Shown: one piece after another, positions 43,701 to 57,660 of the stretch
Numbering within the stretch: the first letter of the stretch is position 1
How the letters are laid out: the number at the start of each line of letters is the position of its first letter
From: Cyanophora paradoxa CCMP329
Lineage: Eukaryota > Plantae > Glaucophyta
DNA length: 64,000 bases
NCBI GenBank assembly: GCA_004431415.1
Contig: QPMI01000602.1
Coordinates: 205,804-269,803, forward strand
Direction: 5' to 3'
Made by a program: the position numbers and the translations under genes
Notes under the pieces: model-generated
What the model was told of the DNA's origin: nothing
Databases searched by the model: none
The model's input: the letters and a program-made list of their open reading frames with translations, nothing else

Positions 43701-46700
43701 GACAATGACCCCATCAACCGCAACCGGAAGTTGCGCGAGATGCTGATGGACATTGCGGAAGACTCGATCACGCTCATCGCTCGTCGCCACCAGGCAGCGG
43801 GAGGTATGAGCGCGAGGGTGGAGACCGCGTCTTCGCCTCTCGCACGGTCGAGAAGATCATGGTCAGTGTTGGGGGACAGCAAATTCTTCTCTTCCTGTCG
43901 CCAGTCGACATGCCTGCACCGTGCCACACGTGCAGCATCGGCCCCGATGGCTCACCCGTCATCGTGAACCACCGGCTCCGTGCATCAGTGATCAGCATTG
44001 CGCACCGCTACTACGAGTACATCGACTCGACCACGGGCAACACGGTGACAATGACTAACGTCGAGCTTCAGGAGCACTGCCGCCTCTGCACAACGCCGCC
44101 GTACATGGAGTTCGTCCGCAACTGCCCCGTGCCGTCGCCAACTTCACGCCAGCGCACGCCGTACCCGAGTACTCTGCGACCTGACGATGCACCGGCGGAC
44201 ATCACGCTCGACGCTCTGTACGGAGTGACGATGGAAATGAAGACGCTCTTCCTGCGGATTATCGGTCTGTTAATGGATATCACCCCACAGGGAACGACGT
44301 CTTTGACGGGGAACGACGACTGGCCTCGGGTCGCTGACATCTTCCTTAACGTCGACGTCAGCCCCTTCACCGTCCGCGCCAGCACCCTTCGGCCTGGCGT
44401 TTGCGACGCGAGTACTGGACCGATAGGCACTCGGCCAATCATTCTCGCTCCGGGAGTCGTCAACACCTCTGGGCAGGACACGTCCCGACTCGCGCGAACG
44501 ACTGTGAACGCGTCGCTTCCCGTCTGCTTGTCGGCACCGGCGTTCTACCATGCTCACGCGTTAATGCACCCCGTCGATGAGCCGAACACGCGCCTCGGCC
44601 CGACACCAACTGATCTTCCGCCCTACCCGGTGCCTGAGACCACGGTCGCTGCAGCTGGGGGAGTGAGCCGCAAGTTGGCGTCGATTTACGTCGCTGCCGT
44701 TCTACACGACTGGCCGGCCCGACAGCGGGACAAGACTAAGCCGCATCTCACTCTCCGAACCAACGACGTCGACATGGAATACTTGCGACTCGCCGCCGAG
44801 AACGCGCGACTTCGGGACCCGACGCAGTTTTCGGCGAGGTACCTCGAAGTCCACAACGTGTTGACAGACATCCTTCGTCGCCGCACGCCTGGAACGCCGT
44901 CCCCGACCACTCCGCCCGACAAGCACGCGCAGCTGCTGGCCGACGAACAGCTTGCACGTGAACTGCAGGCTCGCCTCGACGCCGAAGCTGCCAAGGGAGA
45001 GGACCCGGTGCAGGCCGCGGCGCAAGCCCCCTACTTGCAGGCTGCAATCGGTGGTATTGCTCGTGGCCGCACCATGGACGCCCGTCGCCGTACTGCGGCA
45101 GCACAGGCTCCACCGCGCCAATCGGCGAGGCACGGGGGAACGGTCAGGGGCCGCGGCCGCGCGCTCCCGATTCATACCAGCCGGCCCCAGACCCCGGGCA
45201 ACCCTCACTACCACGATGACGACATGACGTGCCCAACGGCACCGGTGACACCGCCGACCGACGTCCCGGAGCCCCCGGCCCCGCGGAACGACCTACCCCC
45301 TGCGCCCGAGGTGACGGCCTCGTCGACGGACACTCCGGACGCCCAGCCCGTTGCACCCGCGACGACGACTCCGGACGCCCAGCCCGTTGCACCCGTGACG
45401 ACGACTCCGGTGGCCCGACGCCCGCTCTCGAGACGCCGGTCTCGTCGACGGCCGCTCGAGATGCTTCGCCCATCGCACCGGCGATGGCGACCTCGCTGAC
45501 GACCCCGCACAGCGTCCCGTCCCCACGGCCGTGGCTGCGGTCTCGACGGCCCCGTCGCCTGCGCCTGAGCTACTGGCCCCGTCCGACGCCCCGCCAGCCC
45601 GGCCACGACTGTGACGGCGGCCCCGCCGCAGAGCCCGGCCCAACCCCCGATGCTGCCGATCCCGTCACTTCACCCCGACTACACTGCACCGACCGACGCG
45701 TCGATGCCTGACTCGACGACTGCCGACTCGTCGGGCACTGAGAGGACCGAGGGCGTGCCCATGGGCGACCCGCGCGTTTCGAGGGGGATCATCGTCGACA
45801 CGCCGACCTTGCCGAGCCCTCACGACGACCGTGACAGTCCTCCTGACACCGACGAAGACACGTCCAGCGACTCGGAGCCCGAGATCAAGGACGTGGCCGC
45901 CGACCTTGGACACCGCCACGCCTGGACGATCCTTCGCCTCAAGCCCGTGGTGCACAACCAGCTGCGTGCGTACCTGGACACGCCGCGACGCTTCATGGTC
46001 ACAACGACGACGACGGATTGGCGCAAGACCCCTGAGACGCCGACCCTCTTCGCCGCCAGCGAGCTCACGAGCTGCATGCACCTCGCAGCTGCCCGCAGCA
46101 ACACGCCTACTGGGCAACCGTTGCTGGGTACTCGCCCGAGTGACCAGGCTCACTACCTCCTTCAACATCTGACCGAATTCCGCTCCGTCATCCACGTCAT
46201 CATGCGCCTCGCGCGGGCTCAGCCCTTCGCGCCTGGGGAGACGGCGACCACGTGGCCTCACCCGAACGACCCGCTCGCCGATGTCCTCGGACGGCCAGAG
46301 ATGCTGGAGCTGTTTGGTTTGACACCGACAGAGTTCACTCTTGTACACCAGTCCAAGACTCCAGTCGTACCGTGCATCCTTCAGGTGGCTGTCAACCTTG
46401 CCCGCAATCTCCGGACGCTGCACTACGACGTGGAGATGACGGAGAGCGATGAACGGTTCTTGAACTTCGACAAGATCACGAACACGGCGACGCGCCTTGC
46501 AACAATCAGGCAACTGGTCCAAACTGTCAAGTTCACGGCCCCGCTCACAGGACCTGACGACATCTATCTGTCTACGCTTCGACACGGTTCACCGCCGCCC
46601 GACATCGCCTTGTCGATGCGTTCGACGGCCCTGGCGCGGGCGTGGGACATCGCTGCATACTTCGACCATTACAAGTGGGACGAGACGCGCGACCGCTACG

Positions 46701-49700
46701 GGGATAGCCGATTTGCTCACCTCTACGACGTTCGTGACCCAGCACCGAGCTCCGACCGTCCATGGCCGACGAGTCACGCGCCGTTGCTGTCAATGCTCAC
46801 CGAGCAAGTCGAGAACGTACTCCGCCTCGTCAACATCACAGCCGACGTCGAGGGCCCCGGCAACTTCCTGCGCCGTTACTACACGTCCCGTTTCAACCCG
46901 AAATCCGACGCGAACCCGGCTACGAACCAGCGGGCGACCGCCGAGCTCGCGGAGGAGATCCGGCTGAACAGCCAGTTAGCAGTGGTCGCGGCACGCGATG
47001 TCCATCGTCTGCGCACGCCCCCCGTCAGCGAGTCCGACCTACACCACTGTCTTCGGCACGGACTGTCCCGTCACCGCTCCGGCGTCCCCCCTCAAATTTC
47101 ACGAACGTCGTCGCCGCGTCTGTCACGGAGACGACTGCGCTGGCAAGGCTCGCCGAGCTACATGACACCACCGTTGTCGCGATGTCAATCACTACGTTCA
47201 TGCACAAGCGTCAACTCGCCAAGAAGGGCAAACCGATCCGTCTCGAATCGCGACTGCACGCCCCCGTCTTCACCCCGAAGCAGCCCGAGCCAGCTGTCGA
47301 GCTCTATTACAACTCTGACCGTTACATAATGGTGCACCCTGAAGAGGCGGCGCTCCTGGCGTGCAAAACTGCGTGGCGCTCCCATATCCTCCAGCTGACT
47401 CTCGAGGCCATGCGTCGCGCGTACAAGCTCGAGACGGAGTCAAGCACTCGTACTGCGAGCAAGCTTGCTTTCGGCCTCGTCGCTCGACTCGACACTGCAC
47501 TTAGCAAGGCTACGACCACCCAGCGCTTGGCGGTAACACGGGCCTTCCTCCTGGACGCCGAGCATCGATTGAATCTGTTCTACTGCATGCTTTACCCGCG
47601 CTACCGCGATCACCTACTCCCTGTCCTCCCCAGTCCGATGGTACCCGTCACCGACCCTCTCGCCGTCCCGGTCCCACGGCCCCCTGAGCGCGACGTTGAC
47701 GAGTACGGATACCTGACACAGTGGACGTCGGACGGCATCGACATCTTGCCTCGCGTTCCTGACTGGGATTCCCTCGTTGGACTTGTCGACGACATGAGCA
47801 AGGACACTTTCTGGAACTCCAACACGTATTTCGGGCTTCGCGCCCGCGCTATGGTCTACGGAACAGAGCGCAAGCGCCCCCGCGAGAAGCGACCGAATGA
47901 CGAGAAGTTGCAGAAGAAGGAGCGCAAGGCCGCCCGGCTCACTCCCGAGGAGGTCGACTCCATCATCTCCAGAATTTTGAGCGAACTCCACACTGTTCCT
48001 TTCAAGGAGGTGCTACTCTCGGAGAACGCTGACATCCCTGACGTCTATTTCTGGGCCTTCCTCAACGAGGAATGGGCGAAGGGCTTCACGGTCGTCGACG
48101 GCGCTGGCTACCAGCACGGAGTGTGGCCGGATCTGAGCGGCGTGATGGTCCGACGGGAACCGCGACCTGATTCGACGGAGAACGAGCGCGACACGTTCTA
48201 TGCGGGTTTTGGACGGCGCAACAATCACATCAACGGGGAATTATTCGCCCAAACGATCAACGACTGGTACCCAATCCGTCTCCACAATCCTCGCCCCCAC
48301 TCCCGTACGGCATGCGCACATACAGCCCCGAGGAGACGCGAGCTGGAGGTGACTTCCTACCTCTGGATACTGATCCGGGACGGGATACCTCCTATCACAT
48401 CTTCATGACACCGCTTCTCTTCACGAACACGGACTTCCTGGCCACAGCGTACTGCAAAACGATCCAGGAACATGGGCGACACGCGCCCCACATCTTCGCC
48501 GTCGCGGCTCACATCCTCGGAGGCCCAGCCCCGTTCGGACAGACGGCTGATCTGACCGAGGAGCTCACTGTGGAGGACGGGCACAGACCGGAGGAGCTCC
48601 CGGAGCCGCCGCCGGTCGAAGAGCTGGAGGGAATCCCGACTCGGGACCCACCCCCAGTTCATCCCGCCACCACGACAAAGAAGTACATGCACGTCCTAGG
48701 TGAGGTCCACATGCCATACGTGCTACTCGGCGACTCTGGTCTCGAGGCATTTCTCCGGCGCGTCCCGTACATGCGCCCATTCCTCATGAAGATGCACGTA
48801 CGCTGGTCGAACTTCTCGAGAGCACTCAGTCGTGTCCTACGCTACGGTGTCGGCCCCGGCACCTACCCGTACCGCGCCGGCGCCCCCGGCCATGGCGAAC
48901 TCAGCCAGCACAACCGCGCGGGCCTGCCCTTCCGATCGTTCCTGATCACGGCCGCCGACGAGTTCCACCCGGCCAACAAGTATGCCGACTACTTCGACTG
49001 CATCTACGACGAGGACAACCACGCGCACCTCCGTGACTCCGCTTCACGTCAAGATGTCGAACGATGCTTCTACGAGATTGCCATGCCCGACGACCTCAGC
49101 GCGCCGCCCATGACTCTTACGCCGGCCAACGCTGACCTGTGCGGCCCTCGAATCGTCCGATTCACGCACGTTGCACCGGCCGGACCCAGCCGCGGTGCCC
49201 CCAACGCGATCCAGAACCGCTCGCACATCACTATCTTCGACGCGAACAACCGGAACACCTGGCAGCAGATCATCGCGGGCACGAGGAAACCCCCAAACGA
49301 GGCGGCGGGGCCGCACCCGTGCGGCCCCGACCCCAAGTACTTCCCGGTGTCCGTCAATGACTACACTGGCCCTGGGGCGTCGTCGTGTCTCTGCGTCGTC
49401 GCGGGCCCACGGGCACCGCGCCTGCAACGCCCCCCGTCGTCCACCAGGTCCTGGGGTTCCCGCTTTCGGTACACACTTGGGTGTACGGAATCGCAGCGTA
49501 CCTGGCGGCGGCAGTCAAGCTGCACGGTGCCTTGTCGTTCTTCCTCGAGCCCCTACCGGGGGAACTCGGGAACATCATCATCGACTACGTTCGTAGCCAC
49601 GAGGATGAGCTGCACTTCCGCTTCACGGCTTCAGGCGAAGTGGCGCGCAGTGCCAAACTCGACAAATGGTACGAGGTCGAGTACCCTGACTGCGAACGCG

Positions 49701-51900
49701 TCGACCCGGCACATTTAATCACAGCCTTCGAATCCCTACTGCACAAGGCAACCAACGACTGGTTGGCGGTCCAGATCAAGCACGAGACACCCCCGGCGGC
49801 TCGCGAAGATGTCGACATGGATCGAAACCACTGCTGGCCCGTAGCATTCCGACTCCCGGATGGAGTCATCAACGCACTCAACGCCCAAGTCCGGGGCGCT
49901 GACTTCGATCCCACGAACGATCCGTCACACCCGCATCGTCCCAGTGTCTATGACGTCAACGCGAGCGCAGTGCGCAACGCTATTATGGATTTCGAACAGC
50001 GATACGCCGACATACACGAGCAATTCCGTCACGCCGAATATGGCAACTTCACATTCGATCCATTCTACAATGAATTCGGCGCCGCCATCTTCAGTCGCGA
50101 ACCGCAGGCGCGGGCGCTACTCCACGGTTGGTTGGAACAATTCGTTTACAATCACGCCACCGTCGACGCGGCGACGAGGCGGCCCATCACGTTCACTAGC
50201 CGCGAAGCCTACCGGGCGGTACAGATCGTCGACGTCCTCCCCCTGCGTCACTCCCTGGGCGATCCGGACAACGACAGCCTCCTTCGTCAGATCCCCCACA
50301 TTTACATTGGTCACGGCCCCCACGGCGCGCCTGTCGACCCGTACGAAGGCCGCACGCGCTTCACTAACATCATGAACTACATCACTACGACGAAGGCAGA
50401 GGAGTCGCGCGCGTACATTTGGGACCCGCGCCTCGACGGCAAGATCAAGCTCGTGGGCACGGACGAGTACATTCGTCGGAACCCTGGGATTGCGCGCAAG
50501 CCCTTTGTCCGACCCTTCGTCGTCTGGTCGACCGACTTCAAGGATCTGCGCACCAACGAGCCGACGGGACTGGCACGCTTCGGTCACATCCAGGGTGTTG
50601 TCTTCAAGCCATCTGGCAGTAACAGGCCTCCGCGTCGTAGTCCTACGGGGACCGAGACGACGGGAACCTCTGACGGCGACGACTCCAGCTCGGACAGTGG
50701 TGGCTCCACCGCCGAGTCCGTAGCTCCATCGGAGACCCCGTCGGCCGGGACGCCGAGCCTAGCCTCGCGCGTGCAGTCGTCCGCGTTCGCCCCCCACGGC
50801 CTCCTTGGACCGCTCACACGGCAGCACACGCACACGATCGCATACAACGACCTCACTAATCCCAGGACGTCGACGGATCTCACGATGGGCTGCTGGCTCC
50901 TCTACTCTGGACGGGGACCGGACTACGAGCGGATCACGTCCGCGCGACACCGTGCCTTCGAGGACCCTGAATTCGCCGCCAGTTATCACTTGTACGACTG
51001 GTCGCCGCTTCAGCGGTCTCACCAACTCAACGCCCACGCAATCCTGGAGACGCTCCACGAGATCGAGAACTTTCGGTGGGATTTCACAACCTCTCAGGGC
51101 CTGTCAGCCGACCTCGCTTTCACTCGCGCCTTGTTCACTCGGGCGGCCTTCATCCTCAATTCAATCGGCCTCGCGGCGTGGGACGTGGTCCTCCACAATG
51201 ACTTCCGTAGTCATGACGCTCAACGGACACGTTTCTACGAGCGGCACGTACTCCAACGCGACACGCGCCTCCGCCACGCTTGGCCCCAACTCGTCAAATA
51301 TCTCCGGCGTCTCTCTCGCGCCACCGCGAAGCCATCCCGTTCCGATCCCCGGAGAGCCTGGCTACCGGCCGGCTGAACGACGGGATGGCGCAGCGGGGAC
51401 CGAAGTTGACGCGATCAACGAGATTCACTATGGCTGGCCCAGCAACCGCCACCTCAACAAGCTCGCAAACGCCGACTGCAAGCCCATCCTTGGCGTCGGA
51501 TACTTTTCAGCCACAATGCGCAATAACCGGCCCCCGCTGCGTCTGTCGGCAGCTCCCTGCAGGGCACGCCCATTCGCCGCGACGGACGTCCTCATGAACG
51601 TGCACAGGCGGACAACCACGCGGAAGCGACCTCGCCTCAAGCGGACGGCACCGCTCCCGCCAGCCAGCGTCATCTCCGGTTCGACACCGTGCACACCGTA
51701 TGAGCAGAGCTACCTCGCCTCGCTTCGCGTCTGCGCGGCACGCATGTTGGGATTTGACGATGTCGAGGACCCCCTTGACGTTCCCCTCTTCGGCGACGGC
51801 GGCCCGTCAGTACCACACCCCATTGCGCGAATGACGGACACGAACCGCACGCTCAGAGAGCGCATCAACGACGGCCGAATCTGCGTCAACTTGCACATCG
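40791..51900 (+). CDS. Large accessory coding region of unknown function between Gag and protease (overlapping ORF segments)
   Basis: Consecutive overlapping stop-free ORFs of 470-1150 aa tile the interval on one strand, linked by -1 steps. Confidence 0.75.
41001..41180 (+). repeat. 36-bp coding tandem repeat (RPTGPVVDAPSS) x~5
   Basis: CGCCCGACTGGCCCCGTTGTTGACGCGCCGTCTTCG units. Confidence 0.85.
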
Positions 51901-52620
51901 CCGCTATCGATCACCGACGACAAGTCCTTCAATACCTCCTCACCAAGGCATTGGTGGATACAGGAGCCGCTGCGGACGTACTCGACGGCAGTATCGCCGA
52001 CAAACTGCCAGGCCTTCGCTACAGCAACGCTCCGCGCGTGCACCTCACCGGCTTTGGAACGGACATGACTGCCTATGCGCGCATCGCATTCATTGCAATT
52101 AAGGTTGGTCCGGTCACAATTCCGCGGAAAGTCCTCGTCGTCGCGCCTGGTCTCATGGGCAACACTCCAATGCTACTCGGCCTCACAACGCTGGTGGCGC
52201 TCAACGCTCACATCGTGCTCGACCCAGCAAATTGGGGAATGACGATCACGTCGCCTGACTCCTCGGATGGCGAACGATTCCACGTCCCTTTTCGGCTGCG
52301 GGCCAGCACGACGGCGGCGTTCTGGTCCGATTGGCGAAGGACATCACTGTACGGCCGGGTGAATCGCTCGTTCGATGTTACATGCCACAAACGACTTCGA
52401 ACACGACTCTCGGCGCACCGGAAGTCCTCCTCACTCCGCCACCACTCCTCCTCGACGACGACGGCTTCGACGGAGCCGACGAAGTCGAATTCTTGGTGCC
52501 ATACCAATTCACCGCAACCCAGCACACGGCACGTTTTCGTGCAGATCTGCAACCCTCACAGGCGGCCTGTCCGCCTGCAAGCCGGAACTGTGATTGCGGA
52601 GACTGAATTCGGGACTTGGC
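51900..52620 (+). CDS. Retropepsin aspartic protease plus beta-rich (dUTPase-like) linker
   Basis: ALVDTGA, MLLG; later VQICNP..RPVRLQAGTVIA. Confidence 0.85.
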
Positions 52621-53299
52621 CGGAGTCCGAATTCCGTCCACACGAGAATGTCGAGACCTACCCCAAGGGGTGTACAGCTCCTGGACACCTCAACAACAAC
52701 TGACATTCCCGATCTCTTCCGTAGCCGCGCAAATCTACGAGAACTTCAAGCCTGTTGTCGTACCCCGACGCTCGCAACCACGGCGCTACATCTCCCGAGC
52801 CCGACGCCTCTATCCGGAGGTCTACCACCGACGACCGCCCGAACCCAACTACACGGAGGGCGAGGCGGCGCATGTTGGCTCCGTCATGCTGCTGCCGACA
52901 TCCCGCTATCCCACGAGGCCAGCGAGCGTCTCATGTCGTACGTCGCACGTGTCGTCACCCCTTACACTGCTCGAACCGGTGATCACTTCAACGACAAGGA
53001 GCTCATGGAGCTGGCCAGTTCTTCGAGCCTCACTTCGCCCGCTTCGACTCCGAGCCGATGCTGGTTGGCCCCGCAGTCGGCCCACGGTGCCCATCGCGTC
53101 CGTCAATGCCGACGCTCGAATGGAGCCCCGTCGAGTGACACTGCGCCTCCTACAAAGCCATCGCCCGAGACCATCAAGGCGATGGTGGACGCCCTGTTGA
53201 AACCATCGGAGTCGAACCCCGACGCCCTTCCCGAGGATCGCACTCAACTCCAGAACCTTCTCACGCAACGCCAGCACTGCTTCGCCCAGAACATCAATC

Positions 53300-54640
53300 C
53301 ACGCGAGCTCCTGAAGTACAAGCACAGCATCCGACTTCTGCCCGGCGTCCCCGCCAAGCACCTCCCGCTGTACACCGTCCTCGCCGGCTCTCTCCGCCTG
53401 CGGAGAAGGCTGCGAAGGCGGAAATCGAGAAGCTGCTACGCGACGGTCTCATCGAGCCTTCGCAAGCTGGTTTCGGCAGCCCCGTGGTGCTGGCACCGAA
53501 GAAGGATGGCACGATGCGATTCTGCGTCGACTACAGGAAGCTCAATTCCCTCACGGAACGTGATGTCTTCCCGTTGCCACGCATTGAGGACCAATTGGAG
53601 CGCCTACAGGGCGCGTCCACGTTCTCGACTGGCGACGCAACGTCGGGCTTCTGGCAGTTGGAACTCGACGAGGAGTCACGTGACCTGACGACATTCATCG
53701 TCCCCTGGGGAATGTACAGGTGGAAAGTGACCCCTTTCGGTATCACGAACGGCCCAGCGGCGTTCTGCGAGCCGTGACGTCAATTTTGGGCAACCTTTTG
53801 TCCACCTGCGTCGTGGCGTACGTCGATGACCTCACGGTCCACTCGCCGAACGTCAAACAACACCTTCTCGACTGGAGGCCTTCTTCGCTGCGATCGACCG
53901 CGGTAACCTCAAACTCAAGCCCAGCAAATGTCGTTTCATGGTGCGGGAAGTCGAGCTGCTCGGATTCCGCGTAGCAGCGACGGCATTCGCATGGACCCCA
54001 AGAAGGTCGAGATCATCTCCAAGATCACGGCGAACGAACTCCAGACTGTCGAGCAACTCCGCAGTTTCCTCGGCCTCACAGGCTTCTACCGGCGCTTCGT
54101 ACAGAGTTACGCGCGACGGGAACTTCCCTGCGAGACCTCCTCACGGACGCACTACGAGCCGACCGGCTCAACTTGGTGTGGAATGACGAGGCTCTCGCTG
54201 CGTTGGACGACCTCAAGAAGGCGATGTGCGAGGACATTGTGCTGATGCTGCCCGACTTCACGAAGCCGTTCATCATTTACACGGACTGGAGCAAACGGGC
54301 CATGGAGCGGTGCTCATGCAGGAGGACAAGGACGGCCGCGAGCGCCCATCGCATTCATCAGTCGTACTCTGACAAACATGGAGCGCAAGTACCAATCACC
54401 AACGGAGGGCGAATGCATTGCGTACTCTGGGCGGTTAAGGTCTGGCACCACTACTTCGTCTGCGGCCACCCGTTCACGATCCGCACGGATCATTCGGCGT
54501 TGCAATGGTTGAAGACACAGGAGCTGGCGAACAACAAGACGCTTGGGCGCGCGGCCATCGCCCTCAACCACTACAACTACACTATCGAGTACCGCAACGG
54601 GCGGTCGAACGTCGTTGCGGACTGCTGCTCTCGCCTTGCG
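53300..54640 (+). CDS. Reverse transcriptase and RNase H (frameshifted)
   Basis: SPVVLAPKKDG..RFCVDYRKLN, GFWQ, PFGITNGPA, YVDD, LRSFLGLTGFYRRFV, FIIYTDWS, TDHSALQWL, N.VAD..SR. Confidence 0.93.
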
Positions 54641-56299
54641 GAGACGCACGCAGTGTACAAGCCTGGCGGCGCTGACGGCACTGACATCACGACTTCGATA
54701 CCGACGGCGCTCACGGGTTCGGTGTGCCCGATGCGGGAGACTACGACGATCCACGCGAACTCTACCGCGTCGCCATCCACCGCACCTCCTCGGCCCTGCA
54801 ACATACTCTGGACGGGCCGGCGTGGATCCCTACTGGGGATAGACGCCGCGCCACCACGCGACCCGAGCACCTGCCCGGCGCCACCGCGCCGAGACCGCGA
54901 CGACCCTCAGACTTCACGGCGACGTCCAAGGTCGTTGACGCCCGACACTCAGCGAGTGCGTGACATCGTCGAGAACGGCGGCCTGGAAGATGTGGAGTCC
55001 CAGATCACGCTGGAACGGCTCCACGAGAACGGCGCCTCTCTGCCCCGACGTCGTACCCATGGAAGTTGACACGCCTGCACCGGCCGCAGCGGCAGACGAG
55101 GCGGGCGCGACGGCCCTCCTGCACGGCGACGCCGCGGGGTGACGAACCTCGAGCATACACTCGACGGCGCGGCTGGCTACCGGCGAGGGTCGCCGCCGCC
55201 GACTTCAAGCTCGAGGACAGGAGAGCTCCGCTGACGGGCTTCAAGCTCGAGGACAGGAGAGCTCGGCCCGGAGGCCTCGTCTCAGTCACCGGAAGGTGGG
55301 GGAGGGGTACAGACGAGGAGAGCGAGCCGTCGCTACCCCGTCCATCTTTGCGAGGCTTCGATCGTCAAGCAGCTGACCGCACGCTACGCGACTCTGTGGA
55401 ACGGGCACGACGCGGGCCCTCACGGATGACGGCCAATCTTCGCAGTCCTCGGCGTCCGACGGAACGTCGAACTCAAGACGGAGCACGGCTTGAGTGTCCC
55501 GCGCCAATACCAGCGACGGCTTGAAAAGGACTACGCTGACCGCCTCGCCAGTGATCGCGACAGACGTTCGCGTGCGGCCCGAGATCTGCACGAAGCCTCG
55601 CGGGAAAGGACGGCGACGACGCTCGAACGGCGACGCCAACTGGCAGAGATGGGCCGTACCCGTCTGAGATCGACGCGCTCGTACCCCTGCCCTCTGTTCG
55701 GAACCGAACCCGGAGGAGCGGCGCAGACGGCGACAATCCCGCAAGGCGCTGAACGCCAAGGCATGCCCCGTACCGCGGGTGAAGCCTCCAAGGGCAAGAA
55801 TTCACGGCAGTCTCGATATGCCATTGCGCCCCGTCGCATCTCGACGTTGCTGACGAGGAAGAGTACATGCACTTCCTGCAGCAAGAACGTGACCTCGGTC
55901 GTCCGCGACCTGATCCCACTTCTAGCAGCGCTATCGCCCCGCTGGACGAAGGTGAAGGCGCCCAGAATGAGCCGACACACGTTCGCTTGCCGCGTGGCAC
56001 CGTTGTCATGGACACCTGGAGCGAGGGCCCCGCCCCTCGTTGACGTTCCTCCGCCACCGACGATCCGTGAACTTGTTCCGATGGGACCGCGGTCATCATG
56101 GCTCAGGCTCGTGACCCTCTTTGCCAGATGGTGTTCGCACTTCTTCGCGAGAAGGAGAACCTGGCGCGCTGTCACTCCCACTACACTGCTGGTGAACGTG
56201 ACCCGGAGGTGCTTGGGAGCTGCATTCTCTGCAAGTCTGCACGCGATCGCTTCGCTCGTGAAGCTACTCAGTACACGATCGATGAGCAAGATACCGTAC

Positions 56300-57510
56300 T
56301 GCGGTTGCCCTTGCTCCCCACTATGCGGCCTCAGATCGTTGTACCCCAGAGTGGCGGAGAAGATTGTTCACGCTTACCATGATGACTGGGCTCACCGTGG
56401 TGCCCCATTGTTGCTCGGCGCATCGCCTCACGGTTTTGGTGGCCGGCATGACGACTGCTGTCCATCGCTACGTGAAGACGTGCGACACTGTCAGTTTGCC
56501 AAGGCTCACAAGAAGCCGAAGTCACAATTCACTGTGATCGAGTCTGAGCATCCTGGCGACTTGCGTCAAGCCGATCACTTCCCTATGGCGCCCTCTGAGA
56601 ACGGTCGACTTCACCGTTTCACACTTGTGCACATTGATGTCGACGCTTTTACCAAGTACCTGAGATTTGATGCTGACGGAGGCTGATGGTCGTGCTGTGA
56701 GTGGGCTGCACAAACTGTGTACGCGAATCACGGCCCTTGCAAGCGGTATCTCACGGATAACGCCAAGTCTTCAGCCTACTAGTCTCTGGGCAAATTCTGG
56801 ACTCGCCAGGTACTCGGTTGATTTACGCTCCCACGTCCACCAGTCCACGAACGGCGGTGCTGAGCGGCTTGTGGCATTTACAAGCGCTTGGTGTATGCTC
56901 TTTGCGATGAGAACGGGAGGACAATTCCCATTGGCCTTTCTATCATTATCGCGTGCTCTTCGCTCTCCGGACACGATCACGCTGCCACTGGTTTTCACCC
57001 GCCGCTCTGCACTTTGGACGAGAATTGATGTTGCCTGCGATCTTCGTCTCGACCTCACCCTGCGCGAACCTCACGAAGATCCCGTTTCTCTCTACATACG
57101 CTTTGTCGGTCGCTCGAGCCGCCCGCGACCAAATCTCTGCCGTCCGAGAACACCGCAAACTTTACAACAAGAAGTTGCTTCGCTATGGCACTGGCCGTGA
57201 GCCGCATCGTGTTTTCAAGCCTGGTGACAAAGTGTTGTGCTGGATTATCAGCGCGAAGACCAGTAACGTCAAGCGCACTGGCCTCGCAATGGTTGGACTG
57301 GCCCTTACACTGTCACTGAGGTTCACTCTCACGGTCTTTTTACACTGTCCGAGCGATGACACTTCACTGGTGTATCGCTCGCGCGAGTCTCATGCACGTT
57401 GATCTCATGATCGCTTTTCACGAGCGTCCTGCCAATGTTCTCGCTCCCGCAAAGCCGGTCGCCCTCGCAAGGCCCCGTGCCTGTGCCGCCCGATCATGAG
57501 GTCCCGTGCC
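56300..57510 (+). CDS. Integrase (HHCC, core, GPY/F), heavily frameshifted
   Basis: YHDDWAH..CDTCQ, QADHFPM, DAFTKY, NGGAER, FGREL, FKPGDKV, W.GPY. Confidence 0.82.
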
Positions 57511-57585
57511 TCCGCCACCTGCCGTTGATCCCGATCACTTTCGATGATGACACGACGGATAACGAGTCTTGAATCACGGCCCGTA

Positions 57586-57660
57586 CACTGGGAGTCGGAT
57601 TCCTATTACACCCTGGGTGTATGACTATTACACCGAGTCCGCGCACCTATTACACCGAGG
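57586..57660 (+). repeat. Possible DNA-transposon terminus (TA|CACTGGGAG) with three CTATTACACC subterminal repeats
   Basis: Retro coding potential ends here; three CTATTACACC copies; partner TIR not found in the window. Confidence 0.35.

Larger units (their letters stand above)
38295..57585 (+). mobile_element. Giant Ty3/gypsy (Metaviridae-like) retroelement, >=19 kb, 3' end not seen
   Basis: Sharp AT-to-GC switch beginning TGTTG; domain order Gag(CCHC x2)-[11 kb extra]-PR-RT-RNaseH-INT. Confidence 0.9.

Noticed and set aside
48810-48850. Tpt1/KptA-like motif SRALSRVLRYG in the retro cargo
   Set aside because: Only a short resemblance; the catalytic His and downstream motifs (RA.QGH, HGT) are absent.
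38295-57585. Ngaro/DIRS retrotransposon as in EMALE virophages
   Set aside because: Has an aspartic protease and a DDE integrase with GPY/F after RNase H; no tyrosine recombinase seen.
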